A DNA stretch of 20,000 nt from Meyerozyma guilliermondii (lineage: Eukaryota), in assembly GCA_051546255.1 (NCBI GenBank), contig CP128822.1, forward strand, positions 419,278 through 439,277, in the 5' to 3' direction. Positions 1-10,852 of the stretch are shown piece by piece. Position numbers and translations under genes: made by a program. The first letter of the stretch is position 1. Each line of letters begins with the position of its first letter. A model generated the notes under the pieces. That model worked only from the letters and a program-made list of their open reading frames with translations, searched no databases and had not been told where the DNA came from.

Positions 1-284
1 TACTTCCTTCCCTATCTATTCTCGAAAACAATGGAAAAAATTATATTCGAATTGGTTGCAAGAATAAATTGTGAGCCGCATTCTGCAGCATAAATCTCAG
101 AAAGTACGAATTTTGCAAAATTAACAAATAATGAAAATTTCAAAATTGACTCCGAAAGCTTCAAAGAAATGCCTCTTGCAAGACATTAGTGTACCATAGC
201 TGTGAATAAGACTTTTGTGATCATTTTGATTGCATTTTGAATCGACGGGATTTTGACTTCACCCTTTTTATGATTCAGCATTAA

Positions 285-1163
285 TTAATAACTCGATCTA
301 TACGCACCAAATATAGGTGGACTCCGAACCTGCCCAAACGCTGTCTTCTTGTTCTGCGATTCTGGCATGGCGCGTTGTTTAAATATCTCCTCGTCCTCCT
401 TCTCGGTCTTCTCTCTCCGCGTGAGGTATTTCAACTCTTCCATGTTGATGATACTGAGGGTCGATTCTTGGATCGACTGGTATGCCTTGGTGATCCCATC
501 CAATAAAAGTTTCTTCGTAAATTCCTTGGCCTGTTCCTGTACACATATGTCCATTCCAAGCTTGAATATATCATGCATCGTCTGCGCAATGCTGTTGATA
601 CCGATTGCGAACGCATTGTGTGCGTCGACAGGTCCCTGTACTCCTTCTTTGATCATTTGGTCCAAAGCGGCCATGCTGACGTTATGGCTCTGTCCCATCG
701 GATTAAAGTCTTTGGGGATCGCGTCGTGTTCTCTGTACCATACGTTGCGGTCGGTGCGACTGCGTTCTTGATTATGGTTGACAACATGGTTGCGAATCTC
801 TTGCACTGCCAGCTTTACAGCGTCATCAATTTTGTATTCGACTCCAAAATAGGCTTCGTCGGCTCCATGTTGGTAGTTGAAGTCTTTGATGACTATCTCA
901 TTATCACCAATACGATTGTTGATTTTCACTCGATCAGAATCAATGGGCTGGTCTGTCTTTTCGTTGACCAGGAGGTTTTCTAACCCGTTTTCGATGGAGT
1001 TCTTGTCCGTGTTCTGATTTGCTTTCTCATTCACTTCGTTCAATTTCTCATTCAACTCGTCCAACTTGCCACTCAACTCATCCAACTTTTCATTCAACTC
1101 CTCCTTTAATTTCATCAAATTCATGTTCAATCTTTCATTCGAGTATGGTTGTATGAAAGTCAT
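285..1163 (-). CDS. Hypothetical protein (292 aa) with N-terminal heptad/coiled-coil repeat
   Basis: Long ATG-initiated ORF ending in TAA. Contains LNEKLDELSGKLDELNEKLNEVNEK heptads. TATAAA on the minus strand at 1261-1266. No family recognised. Confidence 0.7.
   Translation of the reverse strand: MTFIQPYSNERLNMNLMKLKEELNEKLDELSGKLDELNEKLNEVNEKANQNTDKNSIENGLENLLVNEKTDQPIDSDRVKINNRIGDNEIVIKDFNYQHGADEAYFGVEYKIDDAVKLAVQEIRNHVVNHNQERSRTDRNVWYREHDAIPKDFNPMGQSHNVSMAALDQMIKEGVQGPVDAHNAFAIGINSIAQTMHDIFKLGMDICVQEQAKEFTKKLLLDGITKAYQSIQESTLSIINMEELKYLTRREKTEKEDEEIFKQRAMPESQNKKTAFGQVRSPPIFGAYRSSY
1021..1104. repeat. Four imperfect 21-bp tandem units encoding the heptads
   Basis: Units start at 1021, 1042, 1063 and 1084, e.g. 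AATTTCTCATTCAACTCGTCC / AACTTGCCACTCAACTCATCC / AACTTTTCATTCAACTCCTCC. Confidence 0.85.
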
Positions 1164-1347
1164 TCCAGCTTGCTGAAAAGGTACTGAATTGAATGTTTAT
1201 TTTGCTTGACGTAACGACAAGTTCACAGATTGCTCGTTGCTTTTGGATTTCTCCTGCGAATTTATATTCCCGGCACCTTCTCCCTTATAGCCTCAAACAT
1301 CCAATCACCGCCGTACTTGGCACAGATCTTCGCTTATTCCGCGCTTC

Positions 1348-1359
1348 GGTCACGTGATA
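1348..1359. promoter_or_regulatory. Cbf1/Tye7-type E-box (GGTCACGTGATA)
   Basis: Matches RTCACGTG, lies ~185 bp upstream of the 285-1163 gene, and the identical 12-mer recurs at 13562-13573. Confidence 0.55.
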
Positions 1360-1694
1360 TACTTTGCAACCGAAGTACTTGAACGGGAATGAAAGAGCAT
1401 TAACCTCAATTGGGCATTCATTCAAAATTTACAATCTAAATGACTTTTGCAGTCATCTCGTTGCATACAAGTATAATACAATGTTCAAATTTGAAATTAC
1501 TCGAGCGAAAGAAATTTACAAAGGTTATCGGATAAGTAGTAATAGCTCTACTATTCTAGGCTCAAAGCAGTTCATCTGTCCTTGCAGGTTTAGTGCATAA
1601 AGCATAATGCAAGACCCCTGCACCACCACGCAAGGCTAATGCACTTGCAGATTGACCTGGGCTCCAATCTGGTTGTTGGTCGTAGATTTGGCTG

Positions 1695-1774
1695 GGTGTT
1701 GGGCTGCAATATAGAAAGGTGTTGGGATGTTTGTCTATGGGTGCTGGGATGTGAAGAGATATGGTGTTGGGATG
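1695..1774 (+). promoter_or_regulatory. Phased array of four GGTGYTGGGMTG motifs (Rap1-site/telomere-core-like)
   Basis: GGTGTTGGGCTG at 1695, GGTGTTGGGATG at 1718, GGTGCTGGGATG at 1740 and GGTGTTGGGATG at 1763. Spacing is 23/22/23 bp with unrelated spacers. Fits GGTGTnnGGATG. Confidence 0.6.
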
Positions 1775-1876
1775 CGCCGCGCCCCACTCAATGTGGCTTA
1801 TCGACGCGCATGTAGACGCATTGTCATCTGCACAATCTCTGTTATCAGTATCAATTTCTTTAGTTCTATTATAATT

Positions 1877-2407
1877 ATGTTATTATCAATTATATCAATA
1901 ATCCTCAATTACTTTAGACCTGTCACTGCAACAGAACCAGATACTGGCCCAATTGTCTTCAACTCAACTGATTGGAGTAAATACGGCTATCCAATCCTTA
2001 ATCGACCCGTCGAGTATCCATATATGTTCGAATTATTTGATGGATCCAAGGTAGTGATTTATGAGTCAGGTCCTTCAAATATTAATGTAGGCGACTTGTT
2101 ATTAATACAAACGAATGGGGCTCAGTACAAGGTCAATAATGAATGGTATCTAGTTGGAGCAGTGGGTCCAGATGGAAAGTATTTCAAGATATCAAATGAA
2201 TAAGTCAATGCGCTCGGCATTGATTGTGATAATGTTACCAATTACAATAGTCTTCATGATGTTGAAGTTTTCATAAATGATCAGGAAAAGGTGGAGGGCC
2301 AGGTACTTGCTAGTGAGCTTGATATTTTGTCAAATTATGAACAGATATTGTGGAGTAGACAAAAGACCTTGAACGATGATAGGACAGAAGTGCTACCAAA
2401 AGGTTGA
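1877..2407 (+). pseudogene. Disrupted gene for a putative secreted/membrane-anchored protein
   Basis: ATG at 1877 gives MLLSIISIILNYFRPVTATE (signal-like). After the in-frame TAA at 2201-2203 the same frame stays open for 67 codons (VNALGIDCDNVTNYNS...) to TGA at 2405-2407. N-glycosylation sequons NST and NVT are present. Confidence 0.45.
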
Positions 2408-2842
2408 AATCGAGCGTCATATACCTATAGGAATAATGACACTTGTGCGAGGGAAGAAGATAACGGATCTGGTATATGATATTGTACTTGCACCGCTAGA
2501 TTTTAACAGCAGGAGGTTATATCTGCAATCGTTTGTTGGTATATTGATTCGTGACTCCCTTCAGTCTTTTATAATATTGTATTACATTCTACATTATGCT
2601 TTCAAAGAAAATTGTAGGTTTCTTTCCCCATGAAAATGGAATCTCTTAAAGTTTGGTAATGGATCTATGGCACTCGAAGTAAATTCCGAAGGTCGAAATA
2701 ACAAAATAGCAGATACCGAAGCCCTACGAAACACATCTCGACCCTTTTTACGCATCTAGAATTTGCAGCCAATCGTCATCCTGCACACATTACTACCCCT
2801 CAACTTCAACTCAGAGTCTAACTTCAAACTCAAACACTACTT

Positions 2843-4950
2843 ATGAATCTAAATGGCTTACCAAGTGAAGTTCTCACGCGTTGCTTTTCCCACTTGAGCA
2901 CAGATCTACTCACAGATATAATACTATTGGACAATATTCCCGATTATATACTTGAAGCAGCAGCTAACAATCTCAACCATATATGGTATGCAAACCGACT
3001 TCAAGGCAAGAACAGAATTGCAATTATTAACGAACACTATGAAACCGGTTTCGTGCGAAATTACGATGAAATTTCTCGCTACTGGTTTCACTTTGAAACC
3101 GAGTTCGACCGCTTTCTGCGCATACACAAGGTGCTCGAAAAGAAGTCCATCACGCGTCCTCTTTGGTTCCATTATAAATGGGAAAACATTTTTGAGATGC
3201 GTCGAAATCTCGATGAAATAAACTCAGTTTACCGTGGCCAAAAGTTAGGCATAAGTGCTGACCTCACAGACATGTCGTCCAAATGTGTTCGTTTTTTCTC
3301 AGACCATGATATTAATCGCAAGATCACTTAACTCTCATTGTACGCTTGTGACCGTGTACATTTGATTGATTTCCCTAATTTAGAAACTTTCTATGGCAAA
3401 AAATGCGAAATAACTGTTGACCACACCCACCCCAGCTTGAAGAACTTATATCTTAAAGGGGTGACTTTCAGCTCATTACCAGTTAATTTGAAAGAGTTGG
3501 TAGCAAGATATTGCTACATAAGTATGAAGGAAGACCATCCGAAACTAGAAGGTTTACGAGTGTTGGTTTTAGTGGACGTACACTCTTCTGATTGTCCCTT
3601 ACTACTTCAAAAACTCTGGAACAAAGATTTGGAAACTTTTCGTATACTGAGGGTATCGATGATGAGGAAGAAGTTATGGATGAAGTCATAAATGTGAATG
3701 AAGCCATTTCCATGCTTGGCGCCAAAGTGATGAATTTTGGATCTGCTAGTTCATCGTTTTCTGGATTTCCTAAAAATCTACGCTCTTTGTTCTCCAAGAA
3801 TGTAAGAGCTGATCCGTCTTATAATGGTATTATCCTTCACGATTTGACCGCTTTTACTCAAATGACTTCCCTCACGATTTTTCCGTATTCAGGTATTATC
3901 GACACTTTGAAATTACCGCCCAAGTTGCTCAAACTTTCGATTACGTGTGTTAAGTTTCAAGACTTGGAAAGAATCAGTTTTCCGCCTCGAATAGTTGACC
4001 TCAAGTTAACACATTGTCATATCACTCTGACTATCGGCTGGCTAGAACCAGTCCGATTGAAGCGACTCTCACTTGCCCACAATAATTTTCGACCTTTTAA
4101 AGCTTTTCTTCCTTGCTGTGAATACTTGAGCTTGGACGACAATCCTTTAGCGGAACTTGAGATCGAAGCTCCCGTTATTAAGCATATCAGTTTGTGCGAT
4201 ACTTTATTGGCGTCAATACCGAAACTTCCAGATAGTCTTCAAGTACTTATTATCAGTGGCTATGACCTAGCACTCACCCATATGTCTGATTTGCCTCCTA
4301 GTTTAAAGGTTTTAGACCTCGCGGATTCTACAGATGTAGTTCTTGAAGACTACACTTTCCCTCCATCAATACAAGAACTCAACCTCGGCCAAATAGGCTT
4401 TTTAAAAATGAGTGGAGTCAAATTTGCCAAAGGATCAAGATTAAAAGAGTTGATATTGGGCGATTCTGATTTATCCACAATGGACTTCTCTAAATTAACT
4501 ACTCTCAACGACAGAATGATTGAGCTCCCCTCAGGCTTGAAGGCACTAAAGTTGCAAGGCATGAACTTGGAAAACATAGATGGTTTCACCATTCCGCAAT
4601 CAGTTACATTTCTAGACTTGAGAGAAAACAATTTGGAATCATTTGAAGTTAAGTCTCATATTGAGACACTCTATCTCAATGAAAATCCAATAAAATCAAA
4701 TTTTACGGTACATGAGGATCTGGAGCTAAGAGTTTTTGATCTTACAGGTATTGGAATAACAATGTTTTCATTTCAAATGGTTAAAGCTCCAAAACTCGCC
4801 CAACTACGTCTAGGTGCTGAGCTCGAAAAGATCGATCTTTCGAATATGCCAGTCGATTTTCAAGTTCTAGAGCATTATGATGGTGGATCCTGTACATTGA
4901 TACAACCCAAAACGGGGCCCGAATCATATATCTACAGCAGTTTGCTATGA
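2843..4950 (+). pseudogene. F-box-like/leucine-rich repeat protein, copy 1 (disrupted)
   Basis: N-terminus LNGLPSEVLTRCFSHL is F-box-like, followed by many LPxxLxxLxL repeats. In-frame TAA at 3329-3331 (TGC in copies 2 and 3). A 1-bp deletion at ~3634-3640 (GAAACTTTTCG vs ACATTTTTCG in the paralogues) joins ORFs 2843, 3338 and 3592. Confidence 0.85.
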
Positions 4951-5913
4951 GTTTATATTGGATCACGAAAAGACCAACTAGGACTCGCACTGAATATTAC
5001 AGAAGCTGTGGCTTAGGGTTTTACTTTAGCTGTGGTGAGGAAGAAAATAGACAAAGTCAGTTTAATATAAAAATTTACGTTATAGTATATGAATTCAGTT
5101 TCTCAAAGTGGCCAGAGAAACCATTGTTGATGTGCTTTTTTATACAATGTATTTCTACGAAACATAAGTTAGTCTTGATTTTGTTCAATCTTGATATTTC
5201 CCCAGTGCCAACTATTCTCGCAATGAAATCAGTATATCTCTACAATGGTGTTGGGAGAAGCGCTGTTTTAGAATCAGTTAATCCAGTTCTATGAAACCCT
5301 CCAGTATGCAACAGTAGCAGATCCAGATATGGATAGATAGAGCAAGGATAATGGTTGCAAAAAATTACCCGATTGGGAAGAACCTGCAGCAGACCGGAAT
5401 CATATTTGGAGAACTTCTTCGCTAATAGAGATTACGGGCACTGATCCGAGATTGCCTTCTCAAGTGTATATTAGTGATAATATACAGCTAATCCGAGAAC
5501 TGTCTTCAAGCGCAAGTACTGAATAAATTTATATGTGAAATTGCAAATTTTTAAAAGTTCAATATTTAGTTGGTACGTATTGCCAGTCATTCTTGAGAAG
5601 ACTGTAAACAACGTATTTGCAGCAGCCTCTTCCCTCATTAGGTGAATGTAGATCTCAGGCTGGCTGTTTCTTCTTGTCGACTAGCGGTTCCCGATTAAGT
5701 CACAATCGGATTTCAGATGGTTCTCTTCCATCCCTATATCTCATTCATTACTCACTTGAGTGTTACGTATTTGAGCATACTAGCTTCTAATCCAATTGCA
5801 GAACCAAATAGAGACATGGTCTCTAAGTTCATTTATAAGCATCACGTTATCTGTTATCCATCTCATGGCTGAATAATTCAAGATTCTCAAATTAATGTTC
5901 GGTGCGGCTTATG

Positions 5914-5930
5914 TCCGCGGACTCCGAGGA
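5914..5930. promoter_or_regulatory. Tandem PDRE-like Zn-cluster sites (TCCGCGGA c TCCGAGGA)
   Basis: Perfect palindromic TCCGCGGA at 5914-5921 and a 1-mismatch copy at 5923-5930, ~170 bp upstream of a multidrug MFS gene. Confidence 0.55.
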
Positions 5931-6013
5931 CGTCCTGGAGAAAGCTCATTTTGCAATGATTATAATATCGATACAAAGCGCCAAGATGTTGCGATATTTG
6001 CTCCGTTCAAGGT

Positions 6014-6020
6014 TATAAAA
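6014..6020 (+). promoter_or_regulatory. TATA box of the MFS gene
   Basis: TATAAAA ~75 bp upstream of ATG 6094. Confidence 0.5.
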
Positions 6021-6093
6021 CGCGGAGATCCTTAACATGGTGGATTTACTCGTAATTCGTACCTAGAGAAGTGGAGGGTAGTTCCCAAAAAAT

Positions 6094-7683
6094 ATGAGAA
6101 GCAACTTTTTCCAGGAAACATTGTTTGGTATCATTATAAGAAAATTATCCAATAAAAAATTCTTGAAGCATTCGTATGAAACAAGAGAATATGTTTCAGA
6201 AAAGTCTCAGGAATATTCTGGTCTATTTTCATTGAGTCTGGATATTGACATAAGCAAGAAACAAGAGATCATAGAGATAACTTGGGATAATGCAAAAGAT
6301 CCCGAAAATCCCAAAAACTGGTCAACTTTCAAACAAAGTTTATTTTGCTTCCAAGTTTCGTTTTTAACGCTTGCTGTTTATTTGGCATCAGCTATTTATG
6401 TTCCGGGAATTGAAGATATTCAAGAGGCATTTAATGTGGGTCATGTTGCAGCTACACTTCCATTGACTTTATTCGTGTTTGGATATGGGTTTGGTCCAAT
6501 GATATTCTCCCCCATTTCTGAAAATGCAGAGGTTGGAAGAATGCCATTGTATATTTCTTCGTTGCTTATTTCTGTCCTCTTACAAATTCCACTAGCGTTG
6601 GCTCACAATTTTGCAGGACTATGTATATTACGTTTTCTAACTGGAGTTTTCGCCTCCCCCTGTCTATCAATAGGACCTGCTGCTGTATGTGATGTGTTGA
6701 GTGTTGCGTATGGACCTATTGGAATTGGACTATGGTCCGTTGCTGCAGTTTCAGGTCCTTCGTTCGGTCCATTAATTGGCTCTGTTTTAGTGGTGAAAAC
6801 GAGTTGGAGATGGACATTTTGGATATTGTGCATACTAGACGGGTTTGCTTTGGTATTGGTTTTTTTCTTCTTTCCTGAGACTAATGAGAATGCCTTATTA
6901 CACCGTAAGGCTGTTCGGTTACGCAAGATGATTGGGAATGAAAATATTGTTAGCCGCAGCGAACTAACCACTCACCAGATGACGCTCAACGAAAAAATCA
7001 TTGATACTTTATGGAGACCAATCGAAATCACAATCCGCGAGCCAATGGTATTTATGGTCCACATATACTTGTCATTGGTGTATGCAATTATGTATTTGTG
7101 GTTTGAATGTTTCCCAATCGTATTCCAGGAGGTCCATAATTTCAGTTTAGTGTTGACTGGAGTGGCCTACATGGGTGTTATCATTGGTAGTTTGATTGGA
7201 AGTATCATTTATACTACCTTAACCTATCATATTTTCACACGAAAGGTACTAAGAGGTGAAGATGTTCGTCCTGAAGTTTTCATTCCCATGACTATATTTT
7301 CTGCTATGGCAATGTCCATTGGGGTCTTCATCTTTGGTTGGACTGCATCACCTAGCATACACTGGGTATTTCCTATTATAGGATCAGCGATTTTTTCTCT
7401 TGGGGCATTTATAACCTTTCAAGCATTGTTCAATTATCTTGCTATGTCGTTTTTGAGGTTCGTTGCTTCTGTGTTTGCTGGTAATGCATTGTTCAGGTCT
7501 TTCATCGGAGGTGCCTTGCCATTAGTTGGTAGAAGAATGTTTTTGAATTTGGGTCCCGAAAAATTTCCGGTTGGCTGGGGTTGTAGTATCATGGGGTTTA
7601 TTGCTGCTGCTATGGTATCCATTCCAATATTGTTCAATTCAAAAGGGTCTAAGCTTCGAGCTAGATCAAAGTACGCTGATTAG
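6094..7683 (+). CDS. MFS drug:H+ antiporter (DHA1 family), MDR1/FLR1-like, 529 aa
   Basis: WDNAKDPENPKNWS motif, FSPISENAEVGRMPLY, LRFLTGVFASP, ~12 hydrophobic segments, and C-terminal FPVGWG...KLRARSKYA typical of Candida Mdr1. Orthologue versus paralogue cannot be decided by eye. Confidence 0.93.
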   Translation: MRSNFFQETLFGIIIRKLSNKKFLKHSYETREYVSEKSQEYSGLFSLSLDIDISKKQEIIEITWDNAKDPENPKNWSTFKQSLFCFQVSFLTLAVYLASAIYVPGIEDIQEAFNVGHVAATLPLTLFVFGYGFGPMIFSPISENAEVGRMPLYISSLLISVLLQIPLALAHNFAGLCILRFLTGVFASPCLSIGPAAVCDVLSVAYGPIGIGLWSVAAVSGPSFGPLIGSVLVVKTSWRWTFWILCILDGFALVLVFFFFPETNENALLHRKAVRLRKMIGNENIVSRSELTTHQMTLNEKIIDTLWRPIEITIREPMVFMVHIYLSLVYAIMYLWFECFPIVFQEVHNFSLVLTGVAYMGVIIGSLIGSIIYTTLTYHIFTRKVLRGEDVRPEVFIPMTIFSAMAMSIGVFIFGWTASPSIHWVFPIIGSAIFSLGAFITFQALFNYLAMSFLRFVASVFAGNALFRSFIGGALPLVGRRMFLNLGPEKFPVGWGCSIMGFIAAAMVSIPILFNSKGSKLRARSKYAD

Positions 7684-8496
7684 AAAGAAAGGGTGAAGCA
7701 CGCAATGTACAGAGTTTGATTCAAAAAAGTTTGGAGATTGTCGATCTTGGTTGTTTGAGTAGAAAGATGAGACGAATTTTTGCTTCAAATCTTCAACGCA
7801 GTCTAGATATCAAAATCCATGACAATCTACATATTCATGCTCCAATCGAAAGCTTAGATCTGTAATTTGTCAGAATAAGAGAAATTTGAGAATTTTGTAA
7901 AAGTATATAATTGTGCACTTATTGGGTATGAAAGTATACCCCTGAAATGCAGAACACAACAAGCGGCAACTTACCACATTTCAGGATTCACAAAGAAGCA
8001 TTCCATATCCTCAAGTTGGTCAATGTAATCAACATCTATCAAGGTACAGCTGATCTTGCTGAATTTTTGCAGCCGTTTACCTGCATATAACTTTGGTCCT
8101 TTGCTCAATTCTCGAAAATACTTGAATGAGAATTGAGCTCAAACCAATAGATGATTTGAATTTCCGATAAAAACCTCTTTGCGGCTACCTACTATTCAAA
8201 TGCTCAAAGCATTCAAGTTTTCAACCTGTTTCTTTCAACCCTAGCTCCCTTAATTAAACAAAAAATTAAATCTCACCAGCCAACACCGCGTATCGCTAAT
8301 ACAACGCAGGTAAAATCAGGGATAAAAGTCACCGCACTAAGGGTGTTGGGATCGATCTGGTCAAGTGGTATGGCGGTGTATGCTTGGTTTTGAAGTGTCA
8401 TGCCTCATGTGGGATGGCGTAGCTTGATGCATGATAACGCATTTTCATCTGAACACTTTTTTGTGACCATGTAAATGGACCCCTGAAACTTTAAGA

Positions 8497-10530
8497 ATGA
8501 ACATAAATTCTTTACCGTACGAAATAGTCACAAGTTGCTTTTCTTACTTGAACACAGAGCTGCTCAGCAACATAATATTATTGGAGAACATTGATGATCA
8601 CATAGTTCGAGCTGTAGCTGACCATCTCAACCATTTATGCTATTCAAAGCGAACTCTAGGGATCTATGGAGGAACAATTAGAGGTATTGAAGGTATTGCA
8701 GGTATTGAAACCTACTATGAGACGGATTTCGACCGGTTTCTACGCATACACAAAATTCTCGAAGAGAAGTCACTCAAATGTCCTCTTTGGTTCCATTGTT
8801 CGTGGAACCACACTTTTCAAATGCTTCAAAGTCTCGATGAAATCAAGCTGGTTTACAACGGCCAAGAATTGGGCATCCATGGCACCTTGATTGGCAAGGA
8901 GCTTCAAGACTATTCTATTTTTTCAGATCATGATATCAATCTCAAGATCACTTGCCTTTCATTGAGTTTCGCTTATAACTGTTCTATCAATTTGGATAAT
9001 TTTCCGAAATTAAAGAGTTTTTATGGCGAAACTTGCGAGACAATCGTTGACAACAATCATCCCAGCTTGGAGAACTTATATCTCAGAGAGGTGACTTTCA
9101 GCTCATTACCGATTAATTTGATAAAGTTGGTTGCGAAAAGGTGCTGGATAAAAATGAATGAAAGCCATCCGAAACTAGAAGCTCTCACAGTTTTGGCTCT
9201 AGAAGGCACACAAGAACCTTTCAATTACTCCTCGCTACTCCGAATACTCTGGAACGGAAATTTGGAACATTTTTCGTATATCGGTTATGAGGTAACAGAT
9301 GTGGATGAACTCATCTCCATGATTGGCCCCAAAGTGCTACATTTTGGATTCGCTGGCTAATCATTTTCTAGGATTCCTAAGCTGCTACGCTCATTAAACT
9401 GCAATCGTAGTAGCGGTTTTTTCTTCCATGATCGTATCGGCCTGCAAACTTTGTCGGATTTTACTCAGATGACTTCCCTTACATTGAATAAGCCATCACA
9501 TATCACTGGCACTTTGATATTACCGCCCAACTTGCTAAAACTTTCGATTAGGTCTGCTAGTTCTAACGTCTTTCCGAAAGTTGAATTCCCACCAAAATTA
9601 GTTGACCTTGAATTGGAGCAATGTGGTATTACCCTGACTACCGGATGGCTAAATCCAGCCCGATTGAAGCGGCTTTCACTTTCAAGAAATAAGCTTTCAT
9701 CTTTCAACGCATTTCTTCCCTGTTGTGAATTTTTGTGCTTGAGCGACAATAAAATAAAGAGAGTTCAAATCAGAGCTCCCGTTCTTGAGCACATAGACTT
9801 GAGTGAAAATATGTTGAAATCAATTCCCAAGCTCCCAGCCAGTCTTCAAGTACTTGTTCTCAGTAACAATAGACTACATCTTTCCCGAATGTCTGAATTT
9901 CCTTCTAACTTGAAGCTTTTAGACCTCTCGGGAGCTGGTTATGGAGCTCCTAAAAAGCATACATTCCCATCATCAATTCGAGAACTCCATCTTACAAAAT
10001 TAGACTTGTCAGATATGAGAGGAGTCAAGTTTGCCAAAGGGTCAAAATTGAAAGAATTGAATATGAGCATATGTCGAATAAAGAAAATCAGCGATAGAAT
10101 GATCGAGCTACCCCTCGGCTTGAAATCACTAAACTTGTGTCTCAATCGTTTGCAAAACATCGATGATTTGACCATACCGCAAACAGTTACTTTTCTAGAC
10201 TTGAGAGAAAATGATTTGAATTTATTGCAAGTTAAGTCTCATATTGAGACACTATACCTCAATCAAAATAGACTTTCACGTCTTGCAATTCCAAAGGATC
10301 TGGAGCTAAAGTTTCTTGACCTCACACTGACTTTATTGAAGGGATCTTCATTTGATATCTTTGGCGCTGAGAAACTCACACAGCTACGTCTAGGGCAGTG
10401 GCATAAAGTGATAGACCTTTCGAAAATGCCAGTTAATCTTCAAGTATTGGAATATCAGGGTCCCGGTACTCTTGAAGTCGAAGGATTCCACAGGTATCCT
10501 GGTACAAGCATTTACAGACGTCTGCTATGA
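8497..10530 (+). pseudogene. F-box-like/LRR protein, copy 2 (single in-frame stop)
   Basis: N-terminus MNINSLPYEIVTSCFSYL. ORFs 8497 and 9451 share a frame and the only interruption is TAA at 9358-9360 (TCA in copy 1). Collinear with copies 1 and 3. Confidence 0.85.
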
Positions 10531-10852
10531 ATTTTCACACCACGAGAATAACAGCTAGAATACCCCAAATATGCAAGGAGCTGCCACGGTTCTGAGACTA
10601 AAATTTTCTTTCAATCATTCCACTTTTATGGTTTACGTTTAAGTGTGCTTCAAAAGTTATAGTCATCTGGAAAGTTTTGGAGAATCATGTTAGAGTGTTA
10701 GATAAGGTATACGAGAGTTTATCTCCTCTATCGGTTTGAGCCTCTTGTTCTTTTCAGTGCTAAGTCTCATTGCAATTTGATTGACGAGTAAGTTCGCATT
10801 TCTGAGATCAATATTGGGTGCAAAAAGTGATAGTACCAGACGACATGGATGG

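Noticed and set aside
1695..1774. CRISPR-like repeat-spacer pattern
   Set aside because: Eukaryotic context, 12-bp repeats and 10-11-bp spacers are far too short, and there are no cas genes.
1727..1876. N-terminal extension of the 158-aa ORF
   Set aside because: Its ATG lies inside the GGTGTTGGGATG motif array and the peptide looks non-coding; ATG 1877 is more plausible.
8355..8440. tRNA A-box-like TGGTCAAGTGGT
   Set aside because: No downstream B-box (GGTTCGA) and no cloverleaf.
2201..9360. TAA reassignment or programmed readthrough, since three in-frame stops are all TAA
   Set aside because: Paralogous codons differ (TGC versus TCA/CCA), there is no shared context, and TAA terminates the 285-1163 ORF normally. 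Nonsense mutation is simpler.
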